Below are positions 34,796-43,866 of a stretch of DNA of 43,866 nucleotides, one piece after another. Position numbers and translations under genes: made by a program. The stretch is from Octopus sinensis. Its lineage: Eukaryota. Under the pieces are notes generated by a model that worked only from the letters and a program-made list of their open reading frames with translations, made no database searches and had not been told where the DNA came from. Positions within the stretch are counted from its first letter, which is position 1. Every line of letters begins with the position of its first letter. The stretch covers positions 1 to 43,866 of the forward strand of contig NW_021834933.1 of the NCBI RefSeq assembly GCF_006345805.1. Reading direction: 5' to 3'.

Positions 34796-36519
34796 TTTGA
34801 AATAATCTTTTTTTGGTTTTTTAAAGTCACTTGAATTTTTTAAAAAAAATTGCTATGATCGGTTAGTGTGCATGTATCAGTTCCTAATGAAGGAAGATGA
34901 CGAAGTGAGTTTATTTTTGTGACTTCAAGAGGGCTCTTGACATACTGACACTTTCCTCCTTGTCATTAGTCTTCTCATTTGATGTGCAAATAGAGGTGCA
35001 GTGTTGGTTGATTGCAAGGATTTTTGGTTATGTTTTTCCTCACAGATTAGCTTTTTTGTTCGGATCAGGACCCCTGAATTAAACGAGCAAAAATGCAATA
35101 ATTGAAATGAGCTTATTTAAGTACAGGAGTGAATATTAGTAGTAAAAAAAAATTTATATTTGTTTCATTTTTTGCTATCTCAGCACATCACGTCGTCCAT
35201 ATCATTTTGAGAGACATCGTTGCATGCTTAAATAAATAATATTCATGCTTGTTGCTCCCACAGTGGACACCGTGATTGTTACGGAAAACATTTGTCACTC
35301 ATAATTAATACTAGGCTATGAAATAGATATGGATATACTCTAGTATTAGCCAAGTATTTTTGCCTCCAAGTGTTCTAAGCAATACATCGACATGAATACG
35401 ACAGGATTCACCAATTCGAGAGCACATTATAAACCTTGCAATTTAAATTTTGTATGTAATGTTTATAAAAGGACGGTATGTATTGTATCTCGGCAAAATA
35501 CTAAAATTTTGTTATACTGAAAAATACAGATATAACAAACACGAACACGTCGAGAACACTTGAAACTCGAACACTCAAAATAGGGGTTTTAAAAAACAGA
35601 GATTTTTAAATATTTAGAAAATAATTATTTTATCCCCAGTTTTCCTTATACTTCGTACTTTTTTATAAAATAAAGTTAAAAATCGTAAAATTCTTTTAGC
35701 AGTTTAAAATATTAAGTTATAATTTTTTAGAGGAGAAAGTCGATTTATTGCAAATCAAAATTTTGTTTTCGGGCAATGTATTTCAAAATATGATCATTTC
35801 TTGCAATAGAGCATAAGATTTTAATCCGTGTTTACATTTCCTTGCTCAAAAAAGATCAAAATTGTTTTTTACTCGCGAAATCATACCTTTAATGATATTG
35901 TATTTTTTTAATTATTGGTATTTGAGATAATTTGTTTCTTTTATCAATTTGACAATTATTAATTTTGTTTCGTAATTGATAACCATCACAAAAAAGTTTA
36001 AATAAATTCTATAATTATTGTCGACAAACAAAACAACTCTGAAGTGATTGTCCATAGGTTAAAAATTGTTCGAAATATATTACTTTGCGCTCAAAAATCT
36101 CTCAATTTGGATCTCCAAACCTAAAAAAAACAATTAATATTAATTTTTTCTAATTAAGATTTTAATGGATTTTTAAAATTTCCATAAAAAAGTTTGTGTG
36201 TCCCCAAAAACTTGAAGATGTCCTAAATAGGAGGTCGGACTATCCCAGGATTAAATAATCTTAAAAAATTATCAAAGAAAATACACCTTTATATAACCTG
36301 CACGTAATATTACAAATTTTCATTAAGAAAGTTCAGATAAAATTAGACGAATTTTTTACGGTCGATTTTTTGCTCATTTCAAAATTTAGTGCCAAACGGT
36401 ACTTGGACCGTTCAAAAACACAGAAAATATTTGCTTGGTCGAAAGCGATCCTGAATTATAATTTTTTAATTAGTAAAATCTGTTATAACTTATAGAATAA
36501 TTATTTATTGTTGAGTTGA

Positions 36520-37343
36520 CTTTATTGACTTTTGGTTGCCCTAGTTATAAGACGTACTCCTTCATTTCCCGAAAAACTTGGCTTTTCTGAGAATACAACA
36601 ATAATCTAAAAATACATGTCAATCACTAAAGATACACTGTTTTCTGTAAAATGACCTTCTTCATTTAAAATTCCGAATTGGCGTCCTGATCCTGCAGTAG
36701 GTTGCTTTTTGACTGGATGGTGTTTTAATTGTGATTTCTCACAGTCCTGTTATGTATAAATTTTTTAATATCCCCTCCATTAACATTAATATGATTGATA
36801 AATTTCCAAAAATTAATTTCTAGCAAAATCACTTACAAGTTGTATTTCTGTCGCATTTCTCGATTTTGGTGAAAATTCTCATTTTGAAATACGTTGATTT
36901 AGTTGTAATTATATGTGCTATTACTTTAAAATGTATTTTAATAGTATTGTTGTGGATTACGAGTAATGGTGACCACATATATACTTCAAAGTATCACTTT
37001 ATCAGCTCAATGGTTAAAAATATTTGTTCTGACCCCAAATATCGTTGTATTGTCTTATTTTTGTTAGTAAATCTGTCTTCTACTGTAGTTGATTTGGCAT
37101 ATGGAACGTGGAATGACTTCTTGTCTTTGTATCCGACTGATTTCACATTCTCACTATAGTAAGTTTCAAGACTTATGAATAACATATTTCTTGATCTGAT
37201 ATCAATTTGTATTATGTTTGAAGCAGTTGAGAGAGCACTTTACCCAGAAATGATTAAAATTGAAGGGCTTTTGGTATTTTGTAAATTGGGTGATTTGGGT
37301 AGTCTCGGATGAGGTTAAACGATAGCCGATCCAAATTTATTCA
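36520..37343 (-). pseudogene. Possible disrupted gene divergent from the TFIIIA-like gene; product unknown
   Basis: Protein-like blocks (KSFHVPYAKSTTVEDRF; KQPTAGSGRQFGILNEEGHFTENSVSLVID), some bounded by short GT..AG segments; no continuous frame could be built. Confidence 0.25.
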
Positions 37344-37435
37344 TTTATAATATACTTTTTCAATATTATAGGTAATACAAACAAATTATTTATTAAATTA
37401 AAAATATTAATAATTTTAAAAAAAACAATAATAAA

Positions 37436-38299
37436 ATGCATCCTTGCACGTTTAAATCATGTGACAAGTCATTTACTCGTCCATACAAATTAGAAGCACA
37501 CATTCGAACACATTTAGACGAAGTAATCACTAATTATAACAAATATTAATAGAGACCATATATCTGCAACATTGACTGGTGTAACAAAGCATATACACGC
37601 AACAAATTTATTAAGACATCAATCCATCAGTCATCCCACCAAACCACAAGAAACAACAAAATTAAAGTTTATTAGCATTTTTAAAATTTAAAGTTGTCCA
37701 TTCGAGGATTGTAATGCCACTTTTGTGTCTAAACAAACCTTATCTCGACACAAAAATAGATTTCATTCAAATTTGAGCTTGAAATGTAATTTTAATCAAT
37801 GTGATGCCACATTTTCAAATAAAAGACAACTTTTTTGTCACACCAGGAAACATGTGAGGGATAATATTTATCAGAAACAATTTTGTGTCCACAAACGTCA
37901 ACATAAACAGAATGGTATATTTAAATACTATTTGCATTTTAAATTTCAAATTTAATTTTAATATATTAAATTAATAATATTTTTAACAGAATTTATTTGT
38001 GGTCATTGTGGTACGTCTTTTCCATCAAAACGATCATTACACTCACACAATCAAAATATGTCTTTATTGTGCAATACGAATAAAAAACTAAACGTTTTTA
38101 CTTGCGAATTTCCCCTCTGCTTAAAAAAATACACAACAAAGTCCAATCTTCAAAGCCATATAAATAGAGTACATAAAGGGGTCACTTTTCCTTGTAAATT
38201 TGGAGATGGGTGCTCTTTGACTTTTTCTTCTAAAGTAGAATTCATTCTACTAATTGATAGCAAAAAATGAATGAACATTATAAAAATGTACATAAATAA
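37436..38299 (+). CDS. GTF3A: TFIIIA-like multi-C2H2 zinc-finger protein; 4 introns (30, 27, 75, 26 nt); one frameshift
   Basis: Finger 1 CTFKSCDKSFTRPYKLEAHIRTH, linker ERPYIC, and a late finger CLKKYTTKSNLQSHINRVH resembling TFIIIA YTT..NLQSH; about 8 fingers. The frame breaks in finger 2 near 37601-37607. Orthology is from memory only. Confidence 0.65.
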
Positions 38300-38929
38300 T
38301 ATTATTTTTTTACTAAAATGTTTGATATTTTAAATGTTTCTTGTTGGATATTTGTTGATATTTTTTCTTACGTAAAAAACTGAATTATGTTTTTTGAGTT
38401 TAAAATATTCAGTTAGTTTGTTAATTTATTCTTCTACGTAAATACTGTCCTGGGAATTTGGTCGGTCGGTTTACATCACTGTGCTGAGACCGAATTTCAC
38501 CAAATTAAAAATTCGTCAAGTGGTTCGGTCGGTTTCTTTTCCCCAAATTAAAATTATTATTGATTAATTTATCCTTTAAATATATTTTGACTTGATTTTA
38601 ATAAACTAAACCTTTATTAAGTTCAATTTGTTCAGCAAAGACATATATAGGATGTACATTCTCTTATCATATGCACTTAAACTAAAACTGTAGATATAAA
38701 AGTGCCAACACTTTTTGACCCTTCAATAACGCTAAAAATTAAAAAAAGTTGCTTTTTTCTTTGTCAAATATCAATATTTTAAGGATTTAAAATTATTTTC
38801 TAAATCAGAATCTTTTTAATTTTCAAAAAAATAATTAAAAGTCAAAATACTTCATATTTTATGGGGAAAAAGGTAAAATACTAAAATTTATTAAGTGATG
38901 CCATGACTTTTTGGGCCCACTGTCCCTCG

Positions 38930-39390
38930 ACATGCATCTGTAAATATAGTTCCACATAAAAAAATGGATTTGTACTGTTTATATAGGATTAGATTCATCA
39001 CCATGTTCCTGAAGGAATAGTATTGAAGGTAACCTATGCTATTTAGGTGACGGAGTAATTAGAGAAAGCTTTGAAACTATTTTGAGAACACTTGAATTAG
39101 TTGTGTTGAACTTTGACAGTAAAACTTGGAATACTTCCCGATTAATGAAATTCGATGTCTCAAACATACCATACAGCACGGAAGTGTAGCACAATATTGA
39201 ATTAATAAATTTGAACAGATGGATTCCTGATGAATTTTGGAACGATGTGCATAAAATATGTCAATTACAAAGTGTCAACACCCTAAACATTGCTAACGTT
39301 CGTAAAGCTGCTAAAATCTCTGGAATGTTGGAGGAATACGAGAGAGGTCTCAATTTAAAAACTGTGTGCAGTCTATATATGTTGATGAAG
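38930..39390 (+). pseudogene. Possible decayed intron-containing gene truncated by a LINE
   Basis: Blocks GDGVIRESFETILRTL.. and WIPDEFWNDVHKICQ..LEEYERGL with short GT..AG segments; stops are present and the product is not recognised. Confidence 0.25.
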
Positions 39391-39394
39391 CATT

Positions 39395-39780
39395 GTGCGT
39401 AGGCAATTGATGGTTCGAAGTATTGGCGGTAAATATTCGTCAGTACCGGGTGTGACCCGTTTTTTATAAGGCCGAATAAAGTTCTGAGGATTTTAAATTT
39501 TTTCTTATTTCCGAAGGAGGTTTGTCTGCGTGCGAGAGAAGCAGAAATGCATGTCGAGGGTTATCTCTAGGACCGTCTGACACCTATAGAAGGGTACGGA
39601 CACGTTGTTCAGCTTAAAGTCGACTGAAGTCCTTCCCAATCTATGACGGAAGTAAAAAGTGACGTAGCGGATTTCGCCGGGTTACCACGAGTCTGTTGTC
39701 CGTCAGCCATAGGTTTAGCCGATCCAAGTTAGCTTGGAGCCTTCAGAGGCCCTCTAGATGTCCCGTGTCAAAAAGGAAAT
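39395..39780 (-). mobile_element. LINE fragment, same family as 30500-31190
   Basis: Reads LQANLDRLNLWLTDNRL..PAKSATSLF..ITLDMHFCF..IYRQYFEPSIAYA. Confidence 0.75.
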
Positions 39781-40929
39781 TGAGTTCTTAAACCAAAATA
39801 ATTTATTCCAAACGTATTAATCTGCTAGTTATTGGGAGAAAATTAGTCTTCTTTAAGAGGAAGAAATAAACAAAACTAATACTTTATTTTCAGTCAGTTA
39901 CGATTTTTTTCTCACTTTCCATGTTGTCTTCATACAAATGATTTGCGTCAATTATGAAACTTTCGGCTGGTTTATCTCTTTTTCAGGGATTTTGATTATA
40001 TTCTTGGTTCAACCATCATACTCTCCAGTGTTTTCGTCAAGACTGTATTTAGATCCAAGTTCTTACTTAAATAGACAACTTTTCAATGTAGAGGTCAAAT
40101 CTCTATTGCTCTCCACCTTTTTTCAAAAAATTAAAAATTTCTAAAAAAACCTCCATTGCTTGCCAAATTCTAAATCTCACCGCTATTTTCCAATGTTAAA
40201 AATTTTTTAGTTAAAGTATCTTTTAATATGAAATAATCTTGACGGCGCTTTATTTAACATGCGAAAGTGTATCAGACTGACGTATAATGATAAAAGACAC
40301 ATAATAGCCTACATTGATGATAACATACATATAACAATAGAACATATAGCCTCTGTTTTTTCTTCAATTTTAAGAAAAAAATTTAACAAAGATCAGTCAA
40401 TGATCTCAGGATTGAGAAAAAATACTTGATAGTGATTCTTTTTTCTCAAGCAAAAAACTCCCATTCATTTTAACATATTCAACCATTAATACAGAAGTTA
40501 TGACATTGATGGAACAGATCAAACTTTGTGGCTGATTCATTGACGACAATTCTATTTTTTTGAAAGCGAAAAAAATTGCCGATCCACACGGATTCATTGA
40601 TTTTAAGGGTTAGCAAGGGGTGGCTTTATAAATCCAAGAAACGGAGCAATATAAAGTTAAGAACTTTTCACGGATAGTCTTATATGACTGACGTAAACCT
40701 TGAAGATGAAATCAATTGTTTTATTTAGTGATTTGCACAAAATTGGAAAAATATGAACCTGAAGATATTTATAATGACAACAAAATAGGAATATTCTGCA
40801 AAAACATACGTTTAAAAAGTTTTTTTCAAAAATTCGCCCAGGCTGAAGAACCGGCTTATTTTATTTCTTAAATTTTGAATGTTCAGTCCAATCTGTTACC
40901 ACCAATGAATTTGTATAAATTCGAATCGA

Positions 40930-41340
40930 TAAAAACCTACCGACTGATAATTCTAACCAGAATAACAAGCCAGACATATTTTTTCATGACAAATCGAGCA
41001 ACACAATTACTCTTATTGAAGTTGAGACTACCTCAAAAATTTGTCTTGAGCAGGTCGAAGTGGGAGTACGATTTGGTGGCGAACGGACTGGGAGCGATCC
41101 ACCGGACGAAAGTAAAGATCCTTCCTGTCGTCATGACCTGAGACGGAATAATGTCAGAATTCTTCAAAAATCATCTGGCGGTGCTTGGCATGGAGGACAG
41201 GGTGAAGGCATACATCCAGACACTGGTGTTGCGGAAGACCTTAGAAAGCATGCAAGCCGAGACAAGGCACAGGTTATCGATGCCTATTCAAGAGATAGCC
41301 CCTGAATCTAGACAGCGCGTTGACATGAATCTGCCCATCA
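40930..41340 (+). mobile_element. Degenerate RLE-type (R2/R4/NeSL-like) retrotransposon C-terminus
   Basis: Reads NNKPDIFFHDK..ITLIEV..YDLVANGLGAIHRTKVKILPVVMT*DGIMSEFFKNHL..YIQTLVLRKTLESM. Confidence 0.85.
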
Positions 41341-41639
41341 GTGGGCCCTAAGAGGGTGAGGTTGATGTAAAAAAATACTAAAAATTACGAAAACGGAAAT
41401 TGAATAACTAATAATCACGCGTTCTTTTCAGAGTTTAACTTTATTGCTAATATATGTTACTTTGCACTTATTTTCCGAGGCGTGGTGACAACAATATTTT
41501 TTTTAGATTAAATGATATAAATATTCAACTTTTTAAGCATAAAACCATAAATCGCTCCAACCAAATTCGAAATAGCAATGAAGATTGAAATCACTTGCAC
41601 CGCAAAAAACAAAATAACTGCTAATTCGGTAGTTATGTC

Positions 41640-41810
41640 ACCAGGGAGGATTGATATACAAAAAATAAATTGGCGATGTCGGACTCGCAACCGTTGGCGA
41701 TCCCCACCCCGAGTTGGTAAAGAGCAAATTCTGAGCTGAGGCGGAGGCATACACTCTTCGCTGCCAATTTAGCAGTCAAGTGGCGGAAGTAGCTTCCAAT
41801 TGCTATAGCC
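41640..41810 (-). mobile_element. CRE-clade RT fragment
   Basis: LAIAIGSYFRHLTAKLA..LYQLGVGIANGCES matches the CRE RPIA.G...RRL.AK..QLGVG..GCE motif. Confidence 0.75.
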
Positions 41811-42107
41811 AAGATTAATTGATTTTAAATAAGCCTTTTTCAATAATCTCTGAAAAGTGAAAATTACTGACATTCAAAACTGTTTTGTAATAAAAATAAA
41901 TTTTTTTCATTAATTATTATTAATTATCTTAATTTTAAAATGGTAAACCTAAAACCTAATAAATTAAGCCTCTTGTGAGCACGCTGTTGATTTACTTTGT
42001 GGTGCTCTCTTAATTTTTTGCTACACTTTATTTTTTTATCTTAATTGGATTCAGAAGGAATAATTCAAGATGTATTTTCTTTTAATGATTTAATTATCTG
42101 AAAGTTC

Positions 42108-43230
42108 ATCATTTTTGTGATATTTTTCGATTTATTTCTTTAATCTCCTTTTTTTTCTGCTTATTTATACTTTTTGTGATATTTTTCGAGTGTTGTGCCT
42201 TTAATATCCTTTTTTCTTATTTCTATTTATTTTTTGTGATATTTTTCGATTTTATTCCTTTAATCTCTTTTTTTACTTATTTATACTTTTTGTGATATTT
42301 TTTGAGTTTGTTCCTTTAATCTCTTTTTTTACTTTTCTATTTATATTTTTTGTGATATTTTTCGATTTTATTCCTTTAATCTCCTTTTTTTACTTATTTA
42401 TACTTTTTGTGATATTTTTTGAGTTTGTTCCTTTAATCTCCTGGAATGGAATGGAAATGGAATGGAAGTTTTATTGTAAGCAAATCAGAGACTTAGTGAA
42501 AAGGTTGGACGAGGTTAAACGAGACGACTGCAAGGACAGTCGAGCTCTACCGAGATTCGTCCTAAGAGAGTATACGAGCCGGCCTTTGATTAGAGTCACT
42601 CTCTGATTGAGTTTCGGACCACGATCCACAAAAAAGATCGGACACCTGAGACCTCCGACGAAAGATTCGGATGGAATCGAGGATGACATTCTTGATTAGT
42701 GGAAATTTCCCCTCTGCCCAGCTGGGTAGGCGGCGCGCGTAGATCCAATCTGTACGCTAGCTTTAACGCATAGCGTCGGATCTTCTCATACTTTTTTAAA
42801 ATTTTTTCGAATTGGTTTGAATAGTGCCACGCCTCCATCCCATACAGAGACTTGGGAGAATCGTCGCGCGAAGACAAACAGAAAAGTGTCAGGGGCCAAA
42901 TGCATACCCCTCAGGAAGCGAAGGGCCGCAACGGCCTTTTTCCTTTTCTGAGTGACGTGCAGTAAGTACTCCGAGTTAGCGTCTACCGTCAAGCTCCTTT
43001 TTTACTTTTTTCTATTTATATTTTTTGTGATATTTTTCGATTTTATTCCTTTAATCTCTTTTTTTACTATTTATACTTTTTGTGATATTTTTTGAGTTTG
43101 TTCCTTATTCTCCTTTTTTACTTTTTTCACAAAAAGTCCTTTTTTTACTTATTTATACTTTTTGTGATATTTTTCGATTTATTTCTTTTAATCTCCTTTT
43201 TTACTTATTTATACTTTTGTGATATTTGAA
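42108..43230. repeat. AT-rich ~58-62-bp minisatellite with two mostly alternating variants, interrupted by a LINE fragment
   Basis: Units tttttgtgatatttttcgattttattcctttaatctc..tacttatttatac and tttttgtgatattttttgagtttgttcctttaatctc..tacttttctatttata occur on both sides of 42443-42993. Confidence 0.9.
42443..42993 (-). mobile_element. 5'-truncated LINE 3' end with a (TTCCA)n tail
   Basis: Reads LLHVTQKRKKAVAALRFL and YGMEAWHYS..KIRRYALKLAYRL; the tail reads tggaatggaatggaaatggaatggaa on the plus strand; ctcct on both sides is a candidate 5-bp TSD. Confidence 0.8.
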
Positions 43231-43866
43231 TCTTATATGTCACGGTCGGCTCGTGATTTGAAAAACTTTAGGAACGTTATCAATGAATTGCACATGATTT
43301 CTAAATGGTACAGTTATCCGAGAATCTCCACTTAAGATCACACCTCCAATATATCTTATAGCAAGGATTGTATAGCAAGAATCTCCTTTTTTACTTATTT
43401 ATACTTTTGTAATATTTGAATCTTATATTATATGTCGCCAAATCAGCGATGTATCTGTCACGAGGTCTCTTAGCGATTATAGGAATTATTTAAGGCTTTG
43501 TCGCCATCAATTTCTTTGACTGACAAATATAGATCAAAAAAAAATACCTGACAAAATGAACATTTTGACACAATCTGAGCAACTTCGGATCGGGTAACAT
43601 CGTAATAACGATTACGAAGTTTGTCGAATAGACGATTTCGTCCAAAGTGATTTATATTATGTTCTTTTCTTAGTCTGTATCTTTTTTTCTTGTCGACATC
43701 TTTAAAAGATGTTGGATCGCGATCAGAATTAATATAAACTTCAATTTGTTCTATTTCTTGCAAAAAAAGCTTCACTAAAACCATGCGGCAATTTGAAATA
43801 ATTCAAATCTTTATAATTTGAATGAAACTGTTATTTACACTACAAGTTAACAAAGCCATCTATTCG
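43230..43866 (-). mobile_element. Ginger/KRBA2-like integrase remnant with a 28-nt intron; runs off the window end
   Basis: H2C2 zinc-binding domain HNINHFGRNRLFDKL..YDVTRSEVAQIVSKCSFCQ, a GT-AG intron, then SKKLMATKP*IIPIIAKRPRDRYIADL. Confidence 0.75.

Noticed and set aside
34850-35520. Minus-strand gene downstream of IGHMBP2
   Set aside because: A few intron-like segments are present, but no continuous or recognisable protein could be assembled.
9330-41140. Alternative genetic code (TGA/TAA read as Trp or Arg at conserved sites)
   Set aside because: The stops replace different residues and occur only in decayed sequences; intact genes use TGG for Trp and terminate with TAA, TAG or TGA.
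41508-41750. Small membrane-protein ORF
   Set aside because: Its GC-rich 5' half is an alternative frame of a CRE RT fragment, and the hydrophobic half is T-rich flank.
4600-41810. Strand bias of CRE fragments (most are on the minus strand)
   Set aside because: Clear plus-strand copies exist at 11830 and 23905, and the sample is small and partly duplicated.
42108-42440. Repetitive membrane-protein ORF (42292-42606)
   Set aside because: It is a translation of a non-coding minisatellite running into an antisense LINE tail; unit lengths are not consistently multiples of 3.
42443-42468. Telomeric or centromeric (TGGAA)n repeat
   Set aside because: There are only about 5 imperfect units, positioned as the 3' tail of a LINE.

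Overview
AT-rich eukaryotic genomic DNA, not prokaryotic. Genes are split by very short (20-32 nt) spliceosomal introns, so the six-frame ORF track misses most of them; all gene models below were spliced by hand. Host genes: MED11 (intact), CNOT2/NOT2 (intact), IGHMBP2/SMUBP-2 helicase with an R3H-like tail (three 1-nt homopolymer frameshifts), a TFIIIA-like C2H2 protein (one frameshift), a DRGH-type DNA/RNA non-specific endonuclease with a signal-peptide-like N-terminus (disrupted), and an unidentified type-I membrane glycoprotein family (one intact copy, one decayed paralog). The rest is mostly decayed mobile elements: about 11 CRE-clade retrotransposon fragments, three RLE-type (R2/R4/NeSL-like) remnants, RTE and Jockey/I-like LINEs, Buster/SPIN hAT elements (one with perfect TIRs and an 8-bp TSD), a Tc1/IS630-like and two Ginger-like integrase remnants, and minisatellites. 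The most striking structure is a duplicated CNOT2/IGHMBP2 bidirectional promoter: each gene now has its own copy, and each copy carries a stub of the other gene plus a different retrotransposon insertion. A compact animal parasite genome such as a myxozoan is a plausible source, but that is inference only.
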